NCBI GenBank assembly: GCA_000165425.1
Contig: CT868079.1
Span: forward strand, 1 to 64,000
Length of the DNA: 64,000 nucleotides
DNA from: Paramecium tetraurelia
Taxonomy: Eukaryota
Direction: 5' to 3'
Shown: piece by piece, positions 30,859 through 44,285 of the stretch
How the letters are laid out: every line of letters begins with the position of its first letter
Numbering within the stretch: position 1 is the first letter of the stretch
Notes under the pieces: model-generated
What the model was told of the DNA's origin: nothing
What the model saw: the letters and a program-made list of their open reading frames with translations, nothing else
The model's database searches: none
Position numbers and translations under genes: made by a program

Positions 30859-31998
30859 TCATATTCCTACTTTGGATTTAACGTATTATTCAAAGCTTGG
30901 TTAAGTTAATAAGCCGAGTGCTTACTTACTGATTTCAATTTCTTTATTGTATTCAGCAACAGTTCTGTTGTAGAGATCGGTTTCTGCAGCATAGTTATCG
31001 TTTTCAGCTTGCAATTGAGCTTACAGAGTAGCTCTATCATCTTTTCTTTATCCAACATAAACAATGGTTTCTCCTAGTTTTTCTATTGCATTAAACAAAT
31101 AGATTACATTCATTTGCAGCGAGTTCTGAATTTTTGATTAGAACTGCTCTTTGGAATTCAGCAAATTCCTTTTCTAATTAAGCAACTCTTTCAGTGAATT
31201 TAGATTCAGCAGCACTTTCATCAGCAGTCTCTTGATTTAAAGTATCAACAAATTGAACTCTGAGTTCATTGAAAATTTTGACCAATTATTACACAGATCC
31301 TTGATCAGCAAAGCTTTGTTCAGTTGCCAATTCAAGTAAAGCTTTGATGATGGGGGCAAATGAAGAGTGATTTTAGAAAGATGTTTAGATTCTACCCAAG
31401 TTCGATTAAACTCTCTTGAATTACACAAGAGATGGGTTAGTAATCTAAGATAAAAGTCCTAAGGATTCATCAACTGCACCTATAGCTTCATTGATTTCAG
31501 CAATATTTGATAAGAACTATTCGTGTTATTTCTTTCTGTTGACTGTTTCTTAATCAAGTATTCTTCTATTTTCTTCAATATTGGTTTTCAATTAAGCCAA
31601 AGCATCTTGGAATCTTTGCTTTTAGGGAATGAGAACATTATCGATGAAATCTTCACCATTGAAAATGTCTAATGATATTAAAAATGATAACCTCTATCTG
31701 CATCTTAAATCTCTTATTCATATCTTGTTACATCTCTATTGTGTTCATCTGTTCTTCTAGAATAAGAATGATTAATGTCGTCTAATTCTTCTTCTAATTA
31801 GTCAATCAATTAATTGATGGCTTCAACCAATTCTTTCAAAGCACCTCCACTTCCCAATTCTACTTCTGCAAACTCTAAAATAAAAGAGGCCCATTTAGAT
31901 TCTCTCAATTTATTCATCACTTCTTCTTAGTGTCTTTCCATATTGAGTTCTACACTCAATACACTCAATACTAAACAAACCAATATTCCTGTTCTCAT
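30859..31998 (-). CDS. Trichocyst matrix protein precursor, T1-like
   Basis: Signal peptide [85 protein letters not shown], matching the Paramecium T1 TMP pattern as I recall it. Confidence 0.88.
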
Positions 31999-33109
31999 TT
32001 ATTTTAAATAATAAAAACGAATATTCACAATTATTCATTAAAGGTGAATAACCATTATTATTTCAATCTTTGTAACCATCCAATACAAAAATTCTCAATT
32101 TAATATAATTTGTTATCCATTCTCTTACATTTTCAAGTCTCTGTTTTGATATCTTCATTTCCGTTTACAATGAATTCTAACTTCAATCTTAAAAATCTAT
32201 TTGTGAAACAGTACCAAATCTCACTCTTATAAATATAACCATTAGTTATCATCCCACATTCTCTACTTATACTATTCCTTTCTTAGCATAAACTATTTTC
32301 ATTGTTTTTCAGAGCACTTTCTACATTCTCAGATAGAATTCCATTTTATAAGTCATAAATTTATTTGATTTCAGATTAATTATAATAAATTAAAATCATG
32401 AAACTAATCAAAATTTATTCTAAATTACTTTTATAACTTTGTATACAAAATTATTTACTTTTCAATTATTCTTCTCCTCTTTTATGTTTTAATTCAGGGA
32501 ACAGAAAAGCAATATAGGAAAGATCTATCAAAAAATCCTATTTAAATTAAGATCTCTCAGGATAACAAAAGAATGAAAATAAATAATATTTATATTAGAT
32601 GAAAAAGATATCAAAATAGAAATAATTAAAATCAGTAGTAAAATTAATTTTGAATCGTATTCTAGCAAACTGAATTAGGGTTATTCATAGAATTGATTCA
32701 CTGAGTAATTTATAATTAAGTTTTAAAATAATTAGACTAAATTGGTGAGAAAAATAACATTAAATTATAAATCATATTAAAAAGGTTTGTTAGTTTTATT
32801 TGAGTATGAAACTTCATACAAATTGAAGTATATGAAATTTAAAGATTAAACAAATAAATAAGGTTGCTTAATCATTTTATCAATAAAAAATCAAACATAA
32901 TCCTAGTTTGCTCATCAATATAATAATCGTTCTTACTAAGCTTATGAATTTTATATTAAAAAGAATACCCGCTATAACTCTAATATTTAATAGAAAAAAC
33001 TTGGAAACAATATTTATGAAACGAAGCATGTAAATTTACCATATAAATATAATTAATCTCAAAATAGTTTATATAATTTTCATAATTAAATAAAATTTGA
33101 CATCTCTAA

Positions 33110-33603
33110 ATGAGCAATGCATTTAAATAGGCTGGAAACACTCTCTCAAAGGGTAATGATTTAGGATAGACTGGACAGAGCTTCGCAGGATCTCAGAATC
33201 CAGCATCGTTGAAAGGGAAACTAATGAGTTTAGAAGTAATGAAACTGATACCATATTTTTTAATAGGAGACAATCAAAGGCATTTAAGATGAGATGAACT
33301 TTCATAAGAAAGAAGTCTAGATCTTAAAATCTGAGAAGGACACACTTGAATCAGTTTTAAGTATGAAAACCTAAGATGTCAAAAAAACATTAACTAATGA
33401 ATTAATGAGAATTGAGGAGGAAATGAAACGGTATCACAATTTAATAAAGTAGACATTTCGCCCATCAAAAAGCAGAGAATTCTAGATTATAATAATAAAT
33501 TACTGCTCTAAAAGGAGAAAAAACTGCTCTTCAATAATAACTACTTGGGCTTTAAAGAAGAATCGCAGAACTAGAACTCCAAGTGGGATAAGAGTAGGCA
33601 TGA
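33110..33603 (+). CDS. Small (~146 aa) coiled-coil protein
   Basis: MSNAFKQAG...SLKGKLMSLE / 31-nt intron / ETIKGIQDEMNFHKKEVQILKSEKDTLE...RHFAHQKAENSRLQQQITALKGEKTALQQQLLGLQRRIAELELQVG. Confidence 0.8.
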
Positions 33604-33704
33604 TTATTTGTCATTATCATAATATATACATTTTTATAATCTAAGTATATTTCCAGACAGAGAGAATTAGAATGTATAAATATTTATAATATGATATCAT
33701 ATGA

Positions 33705-34595
33705 TCAATATCTGAAATTCTTATCAATTTAGATGCAAGCATCTTCCAATAATTTCAACAATGCTTCATTTATACTTTCTCTTTCCCTCCTCTCAAAATT
33801 AATGTCTTATTATAATTTGCCATGCACATCTTCTATCATTCTGAAGATCTTTCCCTAGGTTTCCTCTCTAACTTTCTTCTCGATCAACAACTGATCTGAG
33901 AACTTATTAATATCTGAATCAATTTGAACACTCAAACTTTCTGACGATTCTTCTCTAAAGATATCAAAACAGAAATCAAGTACCTTGATCTTCTCTCTTA
34001 ATCCAATTCATTTTTAACCAATTATATTTATTAAAGCACTTCTGCAATTTTAGCTTAACTTCTGTCTTCATATTAGTGATTATTCCTAGTTATTGTCAAT
34101 GTGATCTAAGTGAATCTCTCAACAATTTGTTTTTGCAATTTAGTTTCTCCTTACCCTCTAATATTCCTCTCTTAATCAAATGATAGAGCTAAGTTGTCTG
34201 ATAGAGTTCTAAAGTCTCTCTCTTTTTTATCATCGAAAGCCTATACGCTACAAGTGTATTGTTACATCTCCTTCTGCCTTTTGGTTATGGGCATAATCTT
34301 ATAATTTAAGGACTTGATCCTTCAAAACCTTGAATTTCTATTCGTCTTTCGGCTTTTCAGAAGAGAGAACATCTTCAATAATTTTAATTCTTTCCTCTAA
34401 GACTTCTCTCTTCTCCAATTTGTCCTTATCTATTCCATTCTAGATGTGATTCCATTTATCAGAAACAAGTTTAATTCTTTGTCTAGAGGGCGAGTCAAGA
34501 TCTTAACTCAAATAATTAACTTTTGATCTTTAGAGACTAGACAATTATGATCTTTGAAGTTTTGATGTTGATAGCTTTGAAGTCGACAATAACAT
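33705..34595 (-). CDS. SF-assemblin/beta-giardin family (striated rootlet) protein
   Basis: S-rich head, SPSRQRIKLVSDKW, segmented coiled coil, C-terminal ERRERESINEALLKLLEDACIQI. Confidence 0.8.
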
Positions 34596-34783
34596 ACAAG
34601 GATATTTGCAAAATAAGTTTATTTCTGTATATAATACCTCAATTCTTTTATTGATGTATTCATCCTTCAACTATTTGAACAAGCATTATTTATGAAATCA
34701 TAGCATAAATTCGATTTTTAAGTCAAATATTCATATTTATATTAAACTATTTATTCTTCATTTAATATTTCCTCTAAAACAAA

Positions 34784-37200
34784 ATGTAATAGACTTAATA
34801 AAATTGGTAAGGAAAACAAATAAATGCAGCAACAACAGACAATCCTAACAGAAACTATAAGATAGAGAGTGTCTTAGGATCAGGCTCCTAAGGCTCAGTC
34901 TATTTAGGCAAACACATTATGAACTCTTTCTAACAAAATAATGTCGCAATTAAAATCCAATAATTTATGAGCGAATAAGAAATTCAATTTTTAAAGAGCT
35001 TAATTCAATATCAAAAACAATATGAAAACAACAAACAAAATGCACAAAGTTATAATCCTTCATAGATAGTAAAAATATTTGACTTCTTTCAATATAATGA
35101 ATTTTGGATTATAGTTATGGAATTAGGCACATAAGATCTTTACAAATTTATTTCATAGAAACAATAGCTCCCAATTTAATAATTAGGATAGGTTTTAAAA
35201 TAAGTAACTTTTATTTCTATTTAAAATAGATTACGAAATCTATTGCATTTTTACACGAAAACTAACTGTTACATCGAGACATTAAGCCGGAAAATTACAT
35301 TTTAATTGGGGATGAATATAAATTAATTGATTTTGGCTTGGTCACCACTCAATTTAGATCCAAAACTACTAATGTTGGAACTGTGTTATATTAAGCACCT
35401 GAACTTATTACTAACGAAAATAATTACACATAAACTATTGATATTTGGTCGTTAGGGTGCTTATTTTATGAAATATTGTCTGGATAAACTTTGATTTATG
35501 GAGTTAATTAAGACTAAGTATAAAAAATGATTTTGGCTCATAGATAAGATTGTAATGCAATTAATCTAAGAATAAATTCATTAAGTTGCAACAAAGAGAT
35601 AAAAGACATGATTATTCGTATGCTGGATCCTAATCCTCCTAATCGATTATAATGTCAATAAGTTATGGAAATTTTAGATTCCAAATTTTGTTTATAAAAG
35701 TTTCCAATAATTAATAATTTTCAACCATAAGTAAATATCATGAAAGCCTAATATAATTAATTCCCCATTGTTCAATATTAACAAACACAATAATAATAAC
35801 AAGGAATTCCAATGTAATTTAATCAATAAAACTAATAATTATCCTCACATTCATAATCGCTAGTGGAAATATAAAAATAACTGGCATTATAGTAAACCTT
35901 ATTAGAAAGCATTACAACTAATTTTACTCTCCTTGGCGCAATAGTATAGGATTCCAAATAAATAATGAATGAAATTTAAAAAGGGTAAGAGTAATAAAAA
36001 TTTGAAATTAATCAAATTAAAAATGATTTAAAAGCTGAAATTCAAAATATTTTTGTTGATAAATTAGAGTCTTATTAAAATAATATCATTTCTAAATTAG
36101 ATAAATTTTAAGAAGAACAACAAGTAACAATGATTGATTAATAACAAGAGTTACTTTTTTAAAACAAAGATTTCATTATATAAATTTAATAGTCTATTAC
36201 TAATTCATTATAGGTTTAAGAGGAATTTTAAAAACTAATTAAGGAATCTTTGAATAATCAAGAATAATTAAAAATATTAAGTAAAGAATCTTTGGATAAT
36301 CAAGAATAATTAAAAATAATAAGTAAAGAATCTTTGGATAATCAAGAATAATTAAAAATATTAAGTAAAGAATCTTTGGATAAGCAAGAATAATTAAAAA
36401 TATTAAGTAAAGAATCTTTGGATAATCAAGAATAATTAAAAATATTAAGTAAAGAATCTTTGGATAATCAAGAATAATTAAAAATATTAAGTAAAGAATC
36501 TTTGGATAATCAAGAATAATTAAAAATATTAAGTAAAGAATCTTTGGATAAGCAAGAATAATTAAAAATAATAAGTAAAGAATCTTTGGATAATCAAGAA
36601 TAATTAAAAATAATAAGTAAAGAATCTTTGGATAATCAAGAATAATTAAAAATATTAAGTAAAGAATCTTTGGATAAGCAAGAATAATTAAAAATAATAA
36701 GTAAAGAATCTTTGGATAATCAAGAATAATTAAAAATAATAAGTAAAGAATCTTTGGATAATCAAGAATAATTAAAAATATTAAGTAAAGAATCTTTGGA
36801 TAAGCAAGAATAATAAATAATAATTAGTAAATTATCTTTGGAGGATAACTCTAAAGAACTAAAAGAATATAATGAAAAGCTAAACTAAAATTATGATTAG
36901 ATTTAAAAAGAAATATAATAAATTACAAAACAACTTCAACTAAGTCAGCATCTAGATAATTTTAACCCAAAAAGTGAAGAAAATATAAAATAGGAGAAGT
37001 TAAATTAATAATAAAATCAAAATAATCATCCTCCTATATATAATCAGGATCGCGAGCTAACTTATATTCCATCATTATCACAATAAAAATTACTACTAGG
37101 TACTAAAACATTCTAACAGATAAACAATAATAAAAAAAAAAAAAACAAATATCAAGTAGAAAACAATAATAATTAAGATGATGAAACTCAAAAGAATTGA
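34784..37200 (+). CDS. Ser/Thr kinase + Q-rich + coiled coil containing a 14-aa tandem array (K5)
   Basis: [47 protein letters not shown]; single intron after LKQ; open to TGA 37198-37200. Confidence 0.9.
36253..36840 (+). repeat. Coding minisatellite, 14 x 42 bp (D[N/K]QEQLKI[L/I]SKESL)
   Basis: Unit GATAA(T/G)CAAGAATAATTAAAAATA(T/A)TAAGTAAAGAATCTTTG counted directly; first and last units degenerate. Confidence 0.97.
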
Positions 37201-37298
37201 ATAGATATTCCAATAAAATCTGTTATCTCAAAAACAATGAGTATTTTCAAAAATAATGTAAATAATAAAGTATTACTCAAAATCAAATATATTATAAT

Positions 37299-37827
37299 TC
37301 ACGATTTTATTATATTTTTTAAGCAACCTTTAATGCAGTCTCTTGCAAATGGAATATAGCTTGCCACATACCATGTATAAGAACAGAACTCAGTCAATAA
37401 AAATATCAAAACCAAAAGTTTTGATTTAAATAAATAAACTGAAAGAAAGATCATTACTAGAGAGGAAGCAAAGATAATCGATGTCATTTATCTTTCTTTG
37501 TCAATCATATTTTCAAATTATTTCTTGAATCCTATTAAAAAGGCTGTTCTAATATAATTGATATTCAGCATTACCCAAACAATGCCAAAATGTTTCCTAA
37601 ACTATATGTAAGTGCAAATTTGTTTGGACTGCCACCCAAAATTCCAATAAAGGATCCAAAACTTAATATTTGGATGAAGTATCCTTATCTATTAAAATGC
37701 ATTCCTTACCTAAAATAGAGCAGAATGCAAATCCCATTAATCTTTCCTTATAAGAGAGTGAAGGAAAGAGACTTTCATTTTCATTTTTTGGTTTCATAGG
37801 TCCGCTAATATCAAATATCTACATCAT
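37299..37827 (-). CDS. SFT2: Got1/Sft2-family vesicle transport protein
   Basis: PSLSYKERLMGFAFC, PNKFALTYSLGNI, TAFLIGFKKQFENM, YTWYVASYIPFARD; two introns. Confidence 0.88.
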
Positions 37828-37836
37828 TTTTTATTT

Positions 37837-38094
37837 ATGTAAATTAATATTAAGCTTTTAACAAAATCAGGATGCACTTTGTGTTAAAAACCAATTTTCA
37901 TTCTCAAAAGATTGAAAACTCATTATGAGAGTCATCTGAGAATATTATCCATCAATATTGACAACAGAAAAGAATATGAATAATACATAAACAAAGTGCC
38001 TGTAATTTTAATCAATGACAAGCCAATTTGCGAAATGAAAATATATGAGGGCTTGATTAGATCAGAAATAGAGAATATACTGTAAAAAAAATGA
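37837..38094 (+). CDS. Glutaredoxin-like protein (DUF836/NrdH-redoxin type), 85 aa
   Basis: IKLLTKSGCTLCQK (CxxC), INID, KVPVILIND; intronless. Confidence 0.8.
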
Positions 38095-38355
38095 ATTATT
38101 ATGTATAAAATAATTGTAAATCCTCTTATAATCCTATCTTTTAGAAATAAATTCCAATATCGTTGTGTTTTTTAATTGAAATTTTTCTGTCTTATTTGAT
38201 TAATAATGATCTTTTCATTCTTTAAATTACTATATAATATTTGGAATATCATAATTCTTAATGAAACATTTGTAATAATAACATAATTTAATTTTAATAT
38301 AATATTATGAATTAACTTAGATGAATTTTATTTACAAAAAATGAATAGATTATAT

Positions 38356-40518
38356 TCATTAATACTTTTTTTTGAGTTCTTCATATTTCTATAAATCCTA
38401 TTCGCTCACAGAAGGTCTAATGCTTTTCAAAGCTTCTCTTAAATCTTCAACAGCCAATTCCATTTCATTCAAGCCACTCTAAATAGTTCTTTTGGTAGCA
38501 TAAATAGTAGCTTAACTTACTAATCCATAAAAGTCTGCTCCTGTCATATTATTTGGTATTTCATCAATAATCTCATCAAATTTATCACTTTTAGTGAGGG
38601 CTCTTAAAATTTTAACCCTACTTTCTTTATCAGTTTTAATGCCTAGATACATTAATTTATCAAATCTTCCAGGTCTCAACAACGCAGGATCCAATAAATC
38701 TGGTCTATTTGTTGCACCAATAATAAATATTCCATCTAACAAATTATCAATTTCAGTTAATAATTAGGCAACAATTCTATCCATAACTTAATTGGAATCA
38801 CTCTGATTCCCCCTTGCTGGAGCCAAGGCATCCAATTCATCAAAAAATACAAGTGAAGGTGCATTATCCTTAGCTCTTTTGAACAGATCTCTAATATTAG
38901 ATTCACTCTGACCAATGTATTAGTTCAACATTTCAGGTCCTTTAACAGATATAAAATTCATTTTCATTTCACATGCAATACATTTGGCCAGTAGAGTTTT
39001 ACCAGTTCCAGGAGGACCAAAAAAGAGGATACCTCTTCTTGGTTTAACAAGTTCATCAAATAATTCAGGATACATTTGTGGTAAGATGATAGTTTTGGCA
39101 ACTTCTTTGATGGCTCCCTCCATTCCACCGACATCATCCATCTTTGTTTTAGATGAAATTGTTTAAGCTATTACTTTAATTTAATTATTACTTTTTAATT
39201 TAGACTCTAATTCCTTTACAAAATTCTATTTACTTTGAATAATCTCCTTTTCAAGTACTCTCCAGGTTGTTTCCCTTAATAATTATGATATTTCATCTTC
39301 ACTCTATTCTAATTGGTAAAATTCGATTAGCTATTATGATACATTAGTTTATGGGTAAAATCTGATATAGAAATCAACGAATGACTTTACAATAGGGTAA
39401 TTGCTGAAGTCTTCATTACATAATATTAAGATCACATTTTTTAGTTTCTTTATTTTTTTAATAATCTTAATAATTTCATTGCTGATGTCATCCTTGCTCA
39501 CATGTTATTTGTTGAGTAACAATACCTGTTCAATTTTTGAAAAATTCCTTAATAAAAGTATGCAAGGAGAATCTTAAATTTTCAATACTAATTTCTCTGT
39601 AAATCTTAGAGAACTAATCATACCAAAATCCTTTTCAAAATACAATATCCCATTCTAATTTGCTATTTACTTCAATAACAATCTCTTTCCTAAACTAAAC
39701 TATATAAAATATTAATCCTTACTTCTTTCGACTTTCAACTCCAATTGATATTGACTTTTGAAGTCTTATGATGTTGTTGATTTACTTTCTGAAATGTTCA
39801 TATTCTCCTAATTGATATATGATATCTTAGAATTTCAAATCAAGGGTTGATTTGGTTATATGTGAATAAGAATATTCTTCTTGGAATTTGATATTGGCAA
39901 CTTTAAAATCAAGAATATACCAATCAGTCTATTTATCTGCTTGGACCTTTTCGATATGAATGTAGACATATTGATCTCTTAATAAATTATTCAATTGACA
40001 GCAATTGGTAATTTTGGATCTGCACTTAGAGGATATATCGCAATTCTAGAGTCTATATTGAGATAATGCAATACTATAATCTTTAAAGCAGTTGACCATC
40101 CTGTAATGTGCCCTTTATTGTTTGTTTTTCTTTGACCATAATTGGAACATGAAACAAAGCCTTTAAAAACTTGGGGGTAATTAATCTTGAATTCTCATTG
40201 TTTATCTAGGAACCTCATTGAATAGTCTTACAATTGATAGGGTGACTTCCTTACAGATTGGAATGTTAGGAAAAGGATTATATCTAAAATCTTTATCATC
40301 ATATTAATAGGGAGCGTGTTGTGCTTTAGCAAAATGGGCATTCAAAGGGTCTTTGAGTTATAGGTACAAATATTAGGAGATGTAAATTTGATTATCTTTG
40401 ATTTCATCATTACAATTAATCATAATAGTTAAGTGATTGTCTAAATAAATATATCCATATGCTAATATGTTAAAGTGATCCATGACATTCCTTGATGCTT
40501 AAAGAATATATTATTCAT
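38356..40518 (-). CDS. PEX6: Peroxisomal AAA+ ATPase, PEX6-like
   Basis: Intact D2: [97 protein letters not shown]; degenerate D1 upstream. Confidence 0.85.
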
Positions 40519-40604
40519 TAATATTATTAGTATAATTTATTTGTCTGGGGGTTAGAACAAACATTTGATTTTTATTTGTTAATAAAATAAATAACTCAAA
40601 ATCA

Positions 40605-42394
40605 TCAAAATAATTTCCATTTATTCTTCTCATAGCAAGTTCTCATCATTTGGTCATCTTTTTAAAGACACATGATTTTGTTGGAATAATATATTGGTTG
40701 TGTAAGAAAGTGTGCCTGTTGTGGAATGGGATGTTAAAGTTAATAATATAGTTTTGGCTAAAATTCTAAAGAATAATTCAATAAAATACTTATCTAATCT
40801 TAATCAAACTCTTCTTCTTCTTCAATTTGAATCATAAATCCTTAATTGACAGTCTAAAATGTTTATTTTTATAATATCTGACCACCAAATACATATATCT
40901 AATTAGAATTAAGTATTTAAATGGATGTAGATAAAATAGTATGCAGTGGATACTAAGTATGATTGGTGGTGTTTTCAACTCTCTCCCAACAATCTTATTC
41001 TATAAAATACAATTCCAACAATCCTGAACATTATTTTCTTAAGTCTTCTCCCTCTGTATTGGCAATCAACCCACCAAATTTAACAATCAATTTATTATTA
41101 TATGTACATGATGAATGCAACGTTGACAACTCTGTAAGATGACTTAAAATGATTGATTAAATTTTACTTAATTAATGTAATTTGATTAGTATTTATGTTG
41201 TACTTTTCACACTTAGCCAAACAACCTTCTTTATAATTTTAACCTCCTACGATAAATATATCTTTGTCAACTGTACATGATAACGAAAAGTTCTTTCTCA
41301 GAGTATACATTCTAGTTCTTTTGATGAAAGTCAATTATGGATGATCATATTAATAAATTGTCTTATTATCATCATCATTTAATCCATTATCATATCCTGA
41401 AAAATAATATATTTGACCATCTGAAGCTAAAATAGACCTGCTTCCTTAAGTGATAAGAAAATTGATTTCTAATTCAATTTTTGTGATTTGTGGATTTTGT
41501 TGTTTCAAATCTAAATAATATAAGAATTTGGTTCCAGGCTCGAAATAATGCAACCATGATCTATAGAATGAGTATTCTTGAGTACCTTACATTGTATTTC
41601 TCATTTCATCAAGTTTCTCAGGAGCATAACTTAAAAACTTTTAGAAATTCTTTATTGATTTTTATTTAGTTTATTGTGCCTACAGAGTCATTTGATTTAG
41701 ACTCTCTATTTATGAACTTAGCTTGTTTTTTTCATATATAACTAATTATTCTAACTCTTTCTGAATCACTCCAATAAAGTGCAAGGCGACATCATCATCT
41801 ATTCTGCCATAAAATTTCTGATTGGCTCTTTAATAAATGAGTGATTCCAATCTATTCTTCTGATATTACACTTAGTAATCCAAATCTGTACACATCACTT
41901 TCTTTTGAGTATCAATTGAATTGATATCGTTTTAAAATTGTCTAACTTAAGTCAATTAACCTTGGATTTAATCATATAAAGTATGAATACTCTATTTTAC
42001 TTTATATTCAAATTTATCCCTCAGTCCTTGAATGTATTTGTCAAACAATTTATGAATCTGTTATCTTATAGATTCTATTTCCAAAATGATTTCATCAATA
42101 TTGCTATTGACTGATGTTATTAATGCATTTGCTGCTCTATTCTCTGCTAATTCCAATTCCTCCTTCACAGTATTCAAATTCTTCTCCACCTATTATTTAC
42201 ATTCCTGTATTGTTATTGTGAACTGCTTATTCTAATAAATTTAATTCTTCTTATGTCGAGTCTCATGATTCACTTTGCAATCGTTACATAATCTTTTATA
42301 TTTAAAACAATCTGGATGTATACAACTGTCTCTTTAATATATGAATATACATGTAGGTGAAATCTTTCTAATGTAACTTGCACTTATCCTCCAT
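40605..42394 (-). CDS. B-box-like Zn finger + coiled coil + Kelch-type beta-propeller protein
   Basis: CKLH...ICIHPDC...LCNDC..NHETRH; central heptads; GG-containing Kelch repeats (DIFIVGG, LIVKFGG, IYVFGG). Confidence 0.8.
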
Positions 42395-42452
42395 TGATCT
42401 CAAAATCAATCAATTACAATATTAACAAAAATAATAAAATTTATAAATTCCA

Positions 42453-43291
42453 TCAATCGTTTACTAAATTTTAAGAGTTATTTTTCTGTTAGCAACAACT
42501 CTGCTATAACTTATTTTTGACTGCCAGTTATTTGATGAAAGTGCAATATCCAGGACATTCTAATTCTGATAATTTACTCCAAGTACAAAATGACAAATTG
42601 TTTTTATTATTCTTCCTTTCTTTTATTTATTCTAAATTCATGTATTTTTGTGAGTCACCACTACTATGTAATTGTTTATTATTAACTTTAGATTTACTCA
42701 TACTTGTAGAACAATTTCTAACAAAGAATATTTTCATATATTTATCCTTTGTATCTAATACTTCCTTTTTCTTTCTTGCATCTGCCGATGTTGTAAAATT
42801 GAACTAATGTGGGTACTAGTTCAATAACTCTTTCACATCCACCTCCTATATCTAATTCATTTGTCTTAATGATTCTCTTGATACTTTTTAAACATCTTCT
42901 TTTGATTATGCCAATATTTTAATTTCAATAAATTTGTTAATTTTGGATGAATTCATTAATGTTATTGGATCTTTTGGAACTTTTTTAAAGAATTCTTTAG
43001 GCTGCTTCTTCAATTTCTCCAACTTCTATAATATTCGATCATCCCACATAGTATCTGATAATTATAGTGCTTGCTGCTCACATTTCTCATTTCTTTATAA
43101 GTCCTATAAGAATTTTACTTCAGGTTTTTTTCTGTTTCTTCATATATGCTTATTGATCAATACTTTCTAGTTTCTAATGGCTTTTCATTTATTTCATCTT
43201 ATTTTTACAAGGGCTTTTGTAATCCTGAAAGAATATGTTTGAATTCTATTCTTTGTAACGGAACTGGTATTCTTTAATTCTAATAATACAT
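42453..43291 (-). CDS. Hypothetical protein
   Basis: ATG 43291, one 26-nt intron, open to TGA at 42453. Confidence 0.6.
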
Positions 43292-44285
43292 TACAATAAT
43301 ATTATTATTTTATAATTACAAGCATATTCATATATTCAATTAAATTTATTTTATATAAATTACATTCTTGAAATCATTCAAAGATTATTGTGTATATCTC
43401 TTTTTAATTGTTTGTACCTTTTTACAATTAAATAATTTTATGATTTGATTTCTAAATGAAATTGACATTATAACGGTATATATTTACTGAAAAAATATCT
43501 TGTCAAAACAGTATTATTGTTCTATCTATTAGGGAAGATTTATAATTAACAAAGTTAGAAAGATTGAGAAGATGACTAAATTCTTCTTGAAAAATACATA
43601 ATAATAAATATAAATTGCAGTATCAATATTTAATTGTATGTTTGAATTATATTTACTTTTTCTCTTACAAAATATCAAACTATATTAATTATGATTATAA
43701 GTATAAATCTATGACTTATTTAGCATGATATTATTGTGTTGCATTAGTTATGAATCTAACATTGCATTTATTCCTTACAAAAATTGAAGTATACGCATAA
43801 AAAATAATCACCTATCAGAGATTCTTATGAATGACAATATATTAATCATTTTCATCTTTCGCTGTTGATATTACATATATTTGATATTATTTAAATTTCA
43901 AATATAATATCTGCATTATTAAACAGAAAAATAAAACATAAATATATCTTAATATATATATATTTATTTAATAATTAAGTAAAAATTATTCAAAAAATAA
44001 TAAATTTCAGAATAGATTAGATCTGAAGATCAATATTTAAGCAACCTATAAGCTTAGTTTTTAGAAATTTTAATTTTAGAAATGTTATTCATAGATTAAA
44101 AAGATGAACATAAAAATTAAACTGAATTATAGAATGATGTCATTCCAATAAGCTTTATGTATAATTTAAATTAGTTTTCAAAAATATTCATCACAAATAG
44201 TGTTAATATTATTTAATTTTATATGATCACATGACTTCTTTGGAAATACAATAAATTTAATTTATATACAATATTTTATTGATTA

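Noticed and set aside
32150..33050. TGA-free plus-strand frame from ATG 32170
   Set aside because: With TGA as the only stop, such frames arise by chance in AT-rich DNA; the translation is not protein-like
36253..36840. 42-bp array as a CRISPR array
   Set aside because: Head-to-tail units with no unique spacers, in frame inside a eukaryotic kinase, and no cas genes
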